Shown: positions 27,096 through 39,328 of the stretch, piece by piece
How positions within the stretch are numbered: position 1 is the stretch's first letter
How the letters are laid out: each line of letters opens with the position of its first letter
Source of the DNA: Lytechinus pictus
Taxonomy: Eukaryota
DNA: 64,000 nt
Reading direction: 5' to 3'
Assembly: GCF_037042905.1 (NCBI RefSeq)
Contig: NC_087251.1
Location: 20,338,001 to 20,402,000, forward strand
The notes under the pieces: model-generated
The model's input: only the letters and a program-made list of their open reading frames with translations
Told to the model about the DNA's origin: nothing
Database searches by the model: none
Made by a program: the position numbers and the translations under genes

Positions 27096-27405
27096 GGCCC
27101 GTATTCTGATAGCAGGTTTAACTTAAACTCAGGTTTAAAGTTGTGGTTTAAGTATGGATAGCCAATTGTTACATAAATCACAAACAGTAGAGATATCATA
27201 CTTCAGCTCATTTGGCTCTCAGATCATTCATAATTGTCTAGAAAGTATAAATAGACAATTGTCTTCACCATCGATGAATCAGGAAAGATCACATTAAACA
27301 TAAGAAACATACAACTTAATAAAATGTTGATACTTTTGGCTTCCCATACTTAAACCACAAATTTAAACCTGAGTTTAAGTTAAACCCGACTTCAGAATAC
27401 GGGCC
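27096..27405. mobile_element. ~310-bp PIF/Harbinger-like MITE upstream of the serpin
   Basis: ~60-bp TIR GGCCCGTATTCTGA...AACTTAAACTCAGGTTTAAA..TGTGGTTTAAGTATGG and its inverse. Short ACA/CACA duplication at the flanks. Confidence 0.75.
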
Positions 27406-27995
27406 CACAGTGACAAGATATTATAAATAATCGATGCATTCATGATTATGGTAGTCATTGAAACGCGCAGGTAAAAAAGCATCATTATGATAATACTTGA
27501 GGAAATTGTTATATGATAAAAACTTGATAATGACGCAACCACAATCATGAATATGCATCATAATAATCATACGCGTAACTCAGAAAGGAGGAGGCTGCAG
27601 GACGTAGTAACTTTGTTTAACACCTTTTCTCGGTCCAAGCTTTTCCTATATATATATATATATATATATATAAAAACATCCATATTGATTTTCGTTTTTA
27701 TTTTTATCATTATTGTTTTCAGGTTTCATATAGTCAGATGAAATAGCTTTCGAATCGGACGTTATGGAAATGACCTCACAATTATACAGTCATCTTGTAG
27801 CATGAAGACATATATGCCTACTAAACAATTTGTTACTGTCACAGTGGTGATTATTCCTCGCATCGATCATTCGTTAGCCAACATTAAGTGGGTTTTTTTC
27901 AGATACAAACGTTCATTTTAATCTTTCTCTTTATTGTCTACAGATATCTGAGGTACGTAATGACATTCTCTCAGCAACGTGATATATCTGGACGA

Positions 27996-29141
27996 ATGGC
28001 CCAACTTTCTAGTGCCAACACGGGATTTGCCCTTCATATCTATCAAACCCTTCAAGATGAGCGGAGTGGTAGAAACTTGTTCTTCTCTCCCCTGAGCATA
28101 TCCACAGCCCTTGCAATGACGCAGCTTGGAGCCAGAGGTGATACAGCAACTCAGATCGCGGACGTCTTTCGTTTCAACCAGGTAGACCAACTGCAACTCC
28201 ATGGAACTTTCAAAGAGCTTAACAACTTGCTGTACCAGAAACAATCTGGTTACAAACTTCATGCAGCCAACAAGCTGTATGGCAAATCAGGCTTCAACTT
28301 CGTTCAGTCATTTGTGGAAGGAACTGCTTCATATTACGGAGCAGCCATAGAAGCTGTGAAAAACTTTGCAGATCCAACTGCTGCTAAATTGATCAATGAT
28401 TGGGTGTCAAAGCAAACTGCTGGTAAGATCACAAACCTTATTGCCCCTGGTATCTTGAATGATCTTACACGCCTTGTCCTCGTAAATGCCATCTATTTTA
28501 AGGGGAACTGGGCATCAAAATTTCGTGCCGAAAATACGACACAAGATGTATTCAAAGTTCTAGATGAACGAAGTAAAGTTCCTGTGAGTCTTATGATTCA
28601 AAAGGGTAAATTTTCCCTTGCCATTGACGAAGCAAATGACTGTCTTGTTCTTGAAATGCCCTATCAAGGCAACGATCTCAGTCTGCTGATCGTCCTTCCA
28701 AACAAAGATCACGGCCTCGTGAATCTTGAGTCGAAACTCTCTGCGGACATCCTGAAATCCTGGGACTTAAGACTCAAATCAAGACAGGTGAACATACTTT
28801 TACCAAAGTTCAAACTAGAAGCAGAATTCCAACTGAAGGAAGTTTTGAAACAAATGGGAATGCCGGATGCTTTTGATGAGAATATGGCCAACTTCGAAGG
28901 AATTTCAGGTGATAGAGAATTGTACATCTCTGCAGTCATCCACAAGGCGTTTGTCGATGTCAATGAAGAAGGGAGCGAGGCAGCTGCTGCAACAGCCGTT
29001 GTGATGATGAAAAGATGCGCTATGCCACGAGAACCAGAGAAGCCAATATTGTTTCGAGCAGACCATCCATTCCTCTTCATGATTCGTCACCGCTCCACTA
29101 AATATCTTCTTTTCATGGGAAGAATGATGGATCCCTCCTAA
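27996..29141 (+). CDS. Intracellular clade-B-like (leukocyte elastase inhibitor / serpin B6-like) serine protease inhibitor, 381 aa, intronless CDS; alternative in-frame ATG at 27960
   Basis: Serpin motifs NLFFSPLSISTALAM, INDWVSKQTAGKI, LVLVNAIYFKGNW, LPKFKLE, hinge EEGSEAAAAT and signature FRADHPFLFMI. No signal peptide from M37. The track's GTG start at 27888 lies upstream of a polypyrimidine tract and CAG acceptor (27943), so it is probably intronic. Confidence 0.95.
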   Translation: MAQLSSANTGFALHIYQTLQDERSGRNLFFSPLSISTALAMTQLGARGDTATQIADVFRFNQVDQLQLHGTFKELNNLLYQKQSGYKLHAANKLYGKSGFNFVQSFVEGTASYYGAAIEAVKNFADPTAAKLINDWVSKQTAGKITNLIAPGILNDLTRLVLVNAIYFKGNWASKFRAENTTQDVFKVLDERSKVPVSLMIQKGKFSLAIDEANDCLVLEMPYQGNDLSLLIVLPNKDHGLVNLESKLSADILKSWDLRLKSRQVNILLPKFKLEAEFQLKEVLKQMGMPDAFDENMANFEGISGDRELYISAVIHKAFVDVNEEGSEAAAATAVVMMKRCAMPREPEKPILFRADHPFLFMIRHRSTKYLLFMGRMMDPS

Positions 29142-29452
29142 AACTTGGCTACCTGATTTTCGCTATCTACCGTTTGAACCGATAAATTTGCGTATTAACC
29201 AAAATGGTAAATGCGAATTATCTTCTTAGAATGCATTTTGGTTGGAGTATTGTTCATTCATTATTTTGCATTAGTTTGCAATGAAATTGAAATTGAAGAT
29301 GGCATCAAATATTGTTACCTTTTTTTTCTAGATATTCATATGTAGTTGACCAAAAAATTCTGATAAAGAAGGCTCCAGAAACCAGAGTGGACAATGTAGT
29401 GCGGTGATAAATTTGAACAGTACATTATATCCTATTCGGACCATATCCTTAA

Positions 29453-29860
29453 AGGGGAAGTTCGCCCTGACAAAAAAAAATCATTGTAAAAATAGCAGGA
29501 AAGAATGATTAACAAAATGTTGAAGGTTTGAGGTAAATCCGTCAAAGATTAAAAACTTATTAGAAATTTAATTTTTGGTTTTGTGACGTCATATGCGAGC
29601 AGCCCTCCAATTATCGTGAATTAAACAAAAATCAAAATGTAATTTTCTTTAAAAAGTTTTAAATGGTTCTAATCGTGTACCTCCAGTTTATGAAAAACAA
29701 ATCATGTCACACTCGCTCCTGAAAGAGATCATGATTTCACCATGAGCCATTAAAAAAAGGAAGTTCGTGCACTCAGCTGCTCGTATATGACGTCACAAAT
29801 CAAATATTCAAAAATGTTTAGTAACTTCCTTGTCTTTGATGGATTTCACCAATATTTCTT
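29453..29860. mobile_element. Kolobok-like palindromic MITE, right end truncated
   Basis: TTAA+AGGGGAAGTTCGCCCTGAC start. Internal inverted arms TTTGTGACGTCATATGCGAGCAGC / GCTGCTCGTATATGACGTCACAAA. Same family as 50559-51264. Confidence 0.6.
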
Positions 29861-30098
29861 TCTTTTTTTAACAAACAGAATATTATATGGATTTTAAAGC
29901 GTCTGTCAAAACACGATTCAAGCTATAATGAATGACTAAAAGCAAATATTTGTAAACCAAATTAAACATATTTATTCATTATTAACCCGAAAGCCCCCAC
30001 CCTCGACATTTTCCGCGACCATTCCGCTGTGCGAAATTTTTCGACCGCGCCGCTCGCTGACTTTTTATTTTGAAATCTTGCGCATTTTTCGAGACCAG

Positions 30099-31957
30099 GG
30101 CCCCGTCTTACAAAGAGTTACGATTGTTCCGATCAATCGCAACTATGAACGGCCAAAAACGTAAACATCTATCATGCATGTTTGTTCAAAATATTTTCTA
30201 GCTATGATGTATATTCATGCATTCATTGTTTTCTTGAAAATTTACTGCGCTTCTCTTTGCATACAAAGGACATTGCGGTGGCGTAACAGGCGGGGGGCAA
30301 GCTGCCCCCCCCCCCTGGAACATTTCAACGGGGAAATAAAAAAAAAAGGAAAAAGAAAAAAGGGAGGGAGAAAGAAAGGGGAAGGAAAGGGAAAAGGAAA
30401 GGAGGAAAAGGAAAAGGAAAGGGAAAAGTGAATAGAAAACGAAGATTTTTTTTAATGGAAATGGAAAAAAGCGGGCAAAGGTACGCAAGAAGAACATTTG
30501 AGAAAGAACAAATCATTCCGAAATAGGCTTATGTAATGCAATAGCATAATGGGAAATAAATTAAAAGATGACAAAATGGCAAACAATAGCGGGAAACGAA
30601 CGTAGAATGGAATTAGTCAAAAGCTAAATTGGAAAACAAAGAAAAGGGACAAGAAAACAAAGATTAATAACACGACCGGGCTGCCGAGGATTGAAAATAA
30701 AGAGCGGGAAGAAAGATGGACTGCAAACAACATTGTGCTATAAGCTTGCTAAATTTTATGCAAATAAGCTACCGGGGTTTTACCCCAGACCCCACGCAGT
30801 AGGGGCTCTTCATCTATAACCATCAAATGGCTCTATATCGCCCCCCCCCCCCGTTCAATCACTGGCGTACAGGCGCGGGGGGGGGGTCTTGGTTCCACAC
30901 CCAAGAGGAAATAAAATAAATTATAGGAGACAACGTATATAATAAAATGAATGGAAACAATGAAATGTGTTATTTGCTGAATAATGGAAAAATCTATCAC
31001 ATAATAAGAATTTAATTTCAATAGGCAATTTTTTTCCAGCTCGCTTTGCACGCTAGCGACTTTTAACAAATTTTCCCACATTGATATATGTTTTGCCCCC
31101 CTCAAATAATTTGGTTCATTACACAACTGGGCATGTTGAATAAATGTGTTGTGTAAAAGCTATATTCTGTATATACCCGCGATTTGATTAAAATAGCGGC
31201 AATCTGCGAGGTTTAAATGGCTTTGATATCAAAAAGTTCGAAGGGGCTCCGCCCCGGACCCCAACCGCACAGCACTGCCGTATATGAGTATGGAAGGGTT
31301 GGGCCATTGGCCCCCAACAAAAAAAAAGGAGGAAAGAAAAAGCAAAGGAAAAGTGTAGGATATAATTTTATTTACTGAACATAATGTAAAAAATATCTCA
31401 AAGTTAGATTCTCATGAAAAGGTGATTTTTTTTATCGCTCGCTTCGCTCGCTCGGGACTTATATTAAGCAGGTTTTTAGCACATGTGTAATACTGCGCTC
31501 CTCGTTTTTTTTACTCTTCACGCAAAGAATCCTGTTCACAGTGGCGTACAGACCACAAAAAAGGAATGGAAAGAGAGAAAAGTGAAATAAATTATTTTCT
31601 GGATATCATGTCAAAATCTATTACAAAATTTGATTTTTTGTATTAATAAGGTCAAAATTTTTACTCGCTCGCTTCGCTCGCTCGCAACTTTTTTTATTGT
31701 ATAAAAGATAAATTCTGCCCGATACGCAATATCTGGCCCTCTCAAAATAGTCACCTCATTACACCATTACGCCTATTCATACCATGATATGACCGGGAAT
31801 TTTTTTTGCTCTTGCCCCCCCCCCCCCTGGCCACGACCCCTGTTACGCCGCTGGCTGGGACATTGTGCAAATTTTTCGTGGAAACATTATGACACTGATG
31901 GATTTCCATAAATTTTCGATTGATCCGATCAATCGTAACTCTTTGTAAGACGGGGCC
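30099..31957. mobile_element. PIF/Harbinger-like MITE split by a hAT-like insertion
   Basis: 28-bp TIR GGCCCCGTCTTACAAAGAGTTACGATTG / CAATCGTAACTCTTTGTAAGACGGGGCC. Flanks are CAG/CTG. Confidence 0.75.
30276..31857. mobile_element. hAT-like non-autonomous composite element
   Basis: TIR CGGTGGCGTAACAGG / CCTGTTACGCCGCTG, with an extra GCTG at the right end. 8-bp TSD GGACATTG. Related to 61548-63603. Confidence 0.75.
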
Positions 31958-33904
31958 CTGATTTACGATGCCCGGGTATGCGGTTCGAAAATTACGCAAC
32001 ATTACGTAAGTGCATGTCGGACCTAAAATTGCTCTAAAACGTTATTTTGTGTACAAAGTCAATGCAAATGGAGTTTTCTCATCTTATTGATAAAGATATG
32101 ATTACTTATACTTTCATCAGCTGAAATTAATTAATTTTAGCATAATCATCCTTCAAAAAGGCTCTGCAATAGTTGGTAAAGCCACAAAGAAAAACAAGGT
32201 CGAAAAAAAAAAAATACGAAAGAAATTCATAAAACAATAAAATACATAAAAAATTCATTTTCAAACCAGGATTTTCATTTGTAATTGTTAGCAATTATGA
32301 AGAGTATTTACACCAAAAGATAGCATTCTAAGAGCTTTTTATAGTGAGTTAGAGCAAAAAGTATGATTTACACATAAATTAGCATAATTAATTCATATCT
32401 AAAAAATCTAATGATTTCGGAAAAATAACCATACAGCCTTGTAGATTTAATACATCCCACACTATCATTTTCCCAATTTTCACGGCGTTCGCGTGATCGA
32501 CAAGCGAGATCTCCACGGTCATAAAAAGTCCGGTCTGGTTAGGATTAATCATTGATAGATATTAATGAAATATTTATCACATTTTATGTGCTTCAATGGT
32601 CTTTGGATTTTCGAAAAATATAAATTGATTACGAGAATACTATTACTTCCAGCTTATATGAGCCTGGGTGATAAATATATATATGAAAGAATTAAACCGT
32701 AAGAATGTCATCTATGTGACCCCAAAAGATTTCGAATATAAGTAAGATCATGTGACAATAGTTACAAACATTTCAATTCATACTTTAAGATGTTGGGCTA
32801 AATCATTATCTATGGAACTGAAATAAATCCAAACAGGCTGTGAATAGAAACGAGCCCAAATATCAAGTAATTCCAGTGTATGTCTAGAGAGTATTCACAG
32901 CCGGACTAATGTCGCATTTTAAATTTTGTCTCTAAATGATAATACAGTAATAATATGCATTTATATAGCGCAAAAATATTTATATATTCCATTGCGCTGC
33001 AAAAGCTCCCCTGGTGTTGTACACACTACTGGAATAAATAGGTTTTTAATTTTAGTTTAAAATTATATAGAGTTGTTGAATTCCTAATGTCAAAGGGAAG
33101 TTTTTTTTCTCTAGTTGTGGGGCTGATATAACATGCAGAACTGAAAATCGAAAGTGGGGCAAGAGAAAAGGGCATGATCTATTGTTATATTTCGCAGTAA
33201 TTATCATCATTTTTTTTAAAAATAACACTGGACTGTTACAGTTTGATATATATGTATTTTACTTACCAATTTTAGTTTACCTAGTCGTAAGGGTGCTCGA
33301 GAAGAAAGATAATTTAGGACTCATGTCTGAATTGCTAACATGCCTTAAAGATTGTTATGTATTCACCACGTTTACTTTTCTTTTGTTTAATCAGATAAAT
33401 GTTAATGTATTCCGTACGTTGAATCGCAATAAATAATACACTGTATCGGACGGGTGTGTTGAGTCATTATTCATGCCAAATCCAATTTGTGATAGATTTT
33501 GACATAATATTCAGAAAAAAAATACAAGCCACCCTTTTTCTTTCCTTTTTCCTTTTTTTCTTGGTCATGAAAAGTTTAGAGGGGGAGGGGGGCCGGGGGA
33601 GTGTTACGGCATATTTTCATTGGTAAATTACCAAAATATGCAGTTGCCAAAATCTGCCGTAACTATGTTAAGGCACATTTTGGTAACTGCACATTTTACT
33701 GAAATAAATTTGCTACCAAAATGTGCCGATAGTGCACCTATACCTGACAGGATTTTTTGTTACCAAAATGTGCATTTAAAACGTGTTGCGCATGCACATT
33801 TTGGTAACAGCTTAAACACCAGATTTGACGATGATAATGGAGTAAATACTGATAACGGTATTGAGTTAGAGACATAGTCAGTGGTAGTATTTGCCGCTAC
33901 TTCC

Positions 33905-34680
33905 AATGCCATTTCGGTGTCTAAATGTAGTTTGGTCCAATATATTTTCGTTCAATAGTCATTTCGTCCGACAGTCGTTAGTCTAAGCATGGACATGGTC
34001 TAAGAGCCACTTCGTCCAAGAACCATTTTGTCCAATAGCCACTTCGTCTAAGAGGCACTTCGTGCAAACCACTTCGTCTAATCGCAATTTCGTTAAATAG
34101 CCACTTTCTCGAAGAGCCATTTCATCTAAATGCATGGGCGGAAATCCCAGGGGGACAGGGGGACGTGTTCCCCCTACCCAAAATAGTAGGGGGACACAAT
34201 ATCAAATATCCCCCTACTATTTTTGGTCTTTTATGATGGAAAGAAAGAAATTGAAATAAATCATGTATTTTGGGCGAGATGACCTTATTTGGTGATAACC
34301 TTTTTTTTCTTTTTCTTTTTTTTTGCTTGTCAAATTTTCCAGCCCCTGGTCCCCCTACCTTTGGAGACATATTTCCGCCCTTGTCTAAATGCCACTTCGT
34401 TTAATAGACACTTCCAATAGCCATTTCGTCCACTGTAGCCAATTTGTCGACCTAAAATTCATTGCCAATTGGTACAACTGCCATTTTAGTCCAATACCCA
34501 CTTGGTCCAATTGACAGTTGGTCCAATACCCTCTTGGTCTCAATAAACAGTTCGTGTAAATTCATTGCCAGTTGGTCCAAATGCCATTTTGGTCCAATAC
34601 CCACTTGTCCTAATTGAGAGTTCGTCCAATACCCACTTGGTCCAATACCCATTTGATCCACTCCCACTTGGTCTAATAAC
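33905..34680. repeat. Degenerate ~17-19-bp minisatellite (CCACTTCGTCTAA / CCACTTGGTCCAAT), probably a foldback transposon arm
   Basis: Many tandem degenerate units. Inverse-orientation units occur near 36510-36625. Confidence 0.6.
34133..34383. mobile_element. 251-bp hAT-like MITE
   Basis: TIR CATGGGCGGAAAT / ATTTCCGCCCTTG. Perfect 8-bp TSD TCTAAATG. Confidence 0.85.
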
Positions 34681-34962
34681 CGTTACTGGGGGCAGGTACA
34701 GATCCAGGTGGTAAATAGCCCCCCCCCCCCCCCTCGTAACGGTGGAAGAAGAAAAACCACGTCACAATATAGGATGAACGACAATTATTTTGACGCAAAA
34801 AGCGATTTATTAGCCTGATTGTGATAGCCGTCTCTGCGGCGCCTTCAGCTTATGCCCAGTTTTCTCAAATGTAATCACTTTTGGTGTTGTAATTTACTCT
34901 TCTCATGAACATTAAATCATGTGAAATTTGATATGATTTAGATTTGAGTCATATATGCATAA

Positions 34963-35895
34963 CCCTTATTAAACTAACCCCCCTCGACAAATTTCGCCGC
35001 TACGCCGCCGCGCAAGTTTTTTTGACCGCGCTGCTCGCTGACTTTTTACCTTCAAGTCCGGCGCATATTTTGAGACACCCGGGTACGCGGTTCCCAAATT
35101 ACGCAATGTTTTGTAAGCGCATGTCGGTCCCCAAATTGCTCAAAAACGTGATTACGTGTACATGCAAAGTCAATGCAAATTGTGTTTTTCAACCAAAAAT
35201 CATAAATGTATGATTATTTTTTACTTTTGTTGGTTAAGATGGATTTATTTTATGTTATTTCCCGGGGGGGGGGGAGGGGGGCTCTCAGTATATAATGCAT
35301 ATTACTGGGTATGACCCGTTCCAAGGACCCCAGTTTTCACAAACATTTGTAGTTCCGAAGCCCGTTCCGAGGACCCTCCTTTTAACAATAAGCCCGCTCC
35401 AGAGCCCCCGTTTTTTGTCTCGCCCGCGGCACATACCTACCACTTTTTGGGTCGACTACCCCCCCCCGGTGTCATTTATAATCGCAAAAGGGTCCCCGAC
35501 AAAGTTAATCGAATAAACAATAAAAAGAAAGGTTTGAAAATAACCCCAAAGAAATTACATAAGAATAAAAAAATAAAAAACCAATAAGATAGATAAGAAA
35601 CTAATCATTTTTCGACAATTTTTTTGTAGATTTTTTGTTAGAAATGTGAAAATCTATATGTTCAGCAGATATTATCATTCTACTAGATATATAAATTGAG
35701 TTAAAGGCAAACACATACACAAAAAACAAAAATTAGGGCAAATTTCACACGCTTATTTGCATATCTAGTTAAAAATAAAATCTAAGCAATTATTTTTTTG
35801 AAAATTTTACTATACATTCTTGTATTTTATATCCGGCTATACGCGCGTGCAAATTTTCGTGCAATCAACGGCCGTATAGCCCAGTTAAGATAGGG
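34963..35895. mobile_element. piggyBac-like non-autonomous element containing a CCCGG-ended MITE at ~35261-35470
   Basis: ATAA-CCCTTATTAAACT start and AGTTAAGATAGGG-TTAA end. Similar to 29986-32544. Confidence 0.65.
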
Positions 35896-36740
35896 TTAAC
35901 GTTTTATTTGGATTTTTTTTCAGAATTATCCAATGCATGTAATAAAATATTGGAGATTCCATTATTTGTTTTTCGTCATTATATTTATTTTATTATTTTT
36001 TAGGGGCGTATTTTATGACTCTGATAAAAAACCAATAAAAAACAATGAAATTGGGCAGAGTAAATAATATTCGTTAAATATTTAATATTTTTGAGGAGCT
36101 GTAGTTTTGGGTCTCGTCTGCTTGTGAATATTGCGGTTTTTTATCTTTTTGTATTTGTTTATTGCTCTCTCCGCTTCCTTCTCTTTCTACCCTCTTTCTG
36201 GCACAAGGCATCAGTTAATTTGGAAAAGGAATCAGTATTTGTTTTTTAATCCATGGAATTGTAACCTCTTTTGTTCTTGAGTTGCTGTTTTAGTATTTTT
36301 GTTTTTTGTCTTTGCATTTGAAACACAGCGAGAAATAATTCAACGAAAACAATTAATTTCTCAATTTTGAGATCGGAAGAGAAAATTAATGCATATTGTA
36401 TATATAACATTGGAAAAGTCAATAGTTTTTGCAAAGGGGTGGATGTGTGCATGTGTGGAGGGCGTGAAAGGCAAGAGCCGGGGCGTTCACACCTGTTATT
36501 CCCACCGACTGCGTAGACATATTCGCATTAGACCAAATGGGCATCAGGCCAAGTGGGAATTGGACCAAGATTATATATCAGACGACATGGTCATTGGACA
36601 AAATGGCACTGGACATGGTGGGTACACTTTTAAAAAGAAGATTTTTACAGAAGAACAACAAAAATAAATACATTTTACAGAAAGAAACAACCAAATTATT
36701 TTGTAACATAGTTAGAACACATTTTGGTAAATTACCAAAA

Positions 36741-36984
36741 ACTGCTGCTCAAACTTTCATTGATTGGGTATCCAGTCAGAACTGACAGTGGGTAAATTCT
36801 CAAATCTGATTCCTCCAGGAGTCGTTGATGATCTCACACGCCACGTATCTATTTCAGGGGATATTGAGCATCAAAATTTCGTGCCGAATATAATATAGGA
36901 GACATATTGTAGTTTGCAGATGAAAGCCCTGTAAGTCTATCGATTAAAAGGTTGATTTTGGCTGTTGACGAAACTAATGACTCT
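36741..36984 (+). pseudogene. Decayed serpin paralog fragment
   Basis: Collinear with serpin 28377-28643, e.g. TAAQTFIDWVSSQ vs TAAKLINDWVSKQ, ATGATCTCACACGCC, GCATCAAAATTTCGTGCCGAA and TTGACGAAACTAATGACT. Contains indels and stops. Confidence 0.85.
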
Positions 36985-37514
36985 GGCGCGGTCATGATCT
37001 TAGTTTTATTTAACATAAATTCATTCATTTATCTTGTAACCAAGACACGTCAAGAGATTGTCTGACCTCGTTTTTAACCTCGTATCTATTATAATGTGCC
37101 CTTTGATTTCTCTTATCTTTTTAAGACGCCCTCGCCGAATCTGTTTCAATGGCTTATTTTATACCGTTAAGATTAAAAAGTTTAACCGAGGAAGCAGACA
37201 ATATTCTTGCTCGGTCGCGACATTACTTCATGCACTGGAATGTCTTATTGTATACATTGCTCTGGGGTCAAAATGCTAAGACTCGCTTGTTATTTAATCC
37301 AACACATTCTGTTTTTGTTGTTGCTGCTTTCTTGCCAATGAGCACAGTTTGAGGCACGGATTCTATTTGTATGCTTTTCAAAATAACGTCTTTGGCTTAT
37401 GCGCCATATATACTGCACATGCATACGGGGTGGTAATCACTGCTAGCAATCGCATTATAGCTAAACATACCCAATACCATAGATATATACACCATAGTTA
37501 GATACATGTACAGT

Positions 37515-37564
37515 ATTGCCACCATAGAGATATATATACTAATATATATCTCTATGATTGCCAC
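37515..37564. other. 34-bp palindrome with perfect 8-bp TSD; candidate P-element excision footprint (duplicate at 41162-41211)
   Basis: ATTGCCAC-CATAGAGATATATATACTAATATATATCTCTATG-ATTGCCAC. Confidence 0.75.
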
Positions 37565-37649
37565 TGACTTTCCTGCTAATTTTTTTGCTGCACAGCGCCA
37601 TCTTTTTCCATTTGTGTCAGACTTGGGAATTGAAGAGCGCCATCATATT

Positions 37650-37692
37650 CAACAACAACAACAACTACTACTACTACGTACAACTACTACTA

Positions 37693-37722
<30 letters not shown>
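37650..37722. repeat. (CAA)n/(CTA)n microsatellite (duplicate ~41297-41369)
   Basis: Direct reading of the sequence. Confidence 0.9.
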
Positions 37723-37724
<2 letters not shown>

Positions 37725-38410
37725 TTTGCTCTCACATTTATAATATATTGGATTTTATTGCAATAAAACTATCAAAATACAATCACAAGCAGTCAAATAC
37801 TAAAATGAGTGAAAGTTTACATGTACAAATAGAAATATAACAAAATATAAAGTAAACATAAATAAATATTAAATACAATACAAATTCATACAGATAAAAA
37901 AGAAATGTATCATAAATAAATACCAAAGGCAATAACATAATTACTACAAAGTGTCACCAATGAAGAATAGGGGGAATGAAAGATTAGGAAGAAAGAGAGA
38001 GGAGAGGAAAAAGATGAGAAAGAAATAGGGATAAGACAAAAGAGAATGGAAAGCAAGAGGTGGAAATTGGAAAGAGAATAAGAGGCAGCCTTAAGAATAA
38101 AAAACTCATTATACAATACAAGACATTTGACAATGGTCACTAACATGTAAATAAAGTAGTGTTGTTATGTGATTTACTTGTACCCAGGCAGACAATTCCT
38201 GTTGTTTCCACTTCTTTTTAATTTACATCAATGATTGATTTTTTTTCTCCTGTCATTGTTTTATGTTTGTATATTGCTCATGTAAGTCACTTGGGTTAAA
38301 ATGGAAGACTTTCTCTCCTTTCCCGGCATTGCTGTGACTATACGGTTCGTTCTTTCCATGTTCGGGGATAATGTTGAATGAATAATTAAGAGTGATGGTA
38401 ATAATAATTG

Positions 38411-38536
38411 TGACGACGACGACGATGATGATGATGATGATGATGATGATATTGATAATAATAATAATAGTAATAATAATGATAATGATAATAATAATAA
38501 TGACAATAATAATAATAATAATAATAACGATAATAA
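38411..38536. repeat. (GAC)/(GAT)/(AAT)n compound microsatellite (duplicate ~42058-42183)
   Basis: Direct reading of the sequence. Confidence 0.9.
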
Positions 38537-39273
38537 TTCAATTCAATTAAATTTATTTCCCACATATTGAGTAAAAAACATGCAATATCAGTAAAATCAA
38601 ATACATACATAGATAATAATACAAGTATAAATAGTTACAATATATTACATAAAAAGACAGAAGATCAAAATGTGGAGGGGATTGACAAAGGCCATATTAA
38701 TCTATCAAGGTCAATCCCCAATGAAAAAAATGGAATACATAAATTACCTATGAAAAAAAGATACTTGACCTCAAAACCCCAGACAAAGCAAAAGAAAGTA
38801 AAAGACGAATAAAGGGGAAGGAGAGGCAAATATAAAACTACCATAAGGAGTAAGAAGGAAAATTTACATTTTCGTTTGAAATAATAATAATAATAGTAAT
38901 AATAAAATAGTAACAATTAAGGTCTTACATCCTTCAAGAGTAATATTGGGAATATTACGAATGTAAAATATTTAGAATGTGAACATTTTTATTTACCTCA
39001 CTCTCATATTCATTCATTTTGCCAACAGAGTGAAATAATCTTCTATCATTTTGTTTCCCCATTTTTCACTCCTCTCCTTTCTTCTTTATTTCTCTTACTT
39101 CCTCTTTCGCATTTGCTTCCTTATATAACTGGCAAGTGATAAGAATCTAGAGTCTATAGCGTTTGTTATGATTTTAGTATCGTTTGCTTTGCTGAACTCA
39201 AAACTAACGCATTCTAATACGATGAATTTTGTCTCTTACATCTGTCCTTCTGTAGATACTACTTCTTTATATG

Positions 39274-39328
<55 letters not shown>

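Larger units (their letters stand above)
29986..32544. mobile_element. piggyBac-like non-autonomous element hosting nested insertions
   Basis: TTAA-CCC start and AGGA-TTAA end. The sequence either side of the 30099-31957 insert is collinear with the relative at 34963-35895. Confidence 0.6.

Noticed and set aside
27888..27959. Hydrophobic signal-peptide-like N-terminus of the serpin ORF
   Set aside because: It begins at GTG and is mostly translated polypyrimidine tract upstream of a splice acceptor.
27918..29090. Antisense ORFs over the serpin
   Set aside because: Shadow ORFs of the real CDS with no independent features.
38261..38610. Poly-Leu/Ser/Tyr/His ORFs
   Set aside because: Translations of trinucleotide microsatellites.
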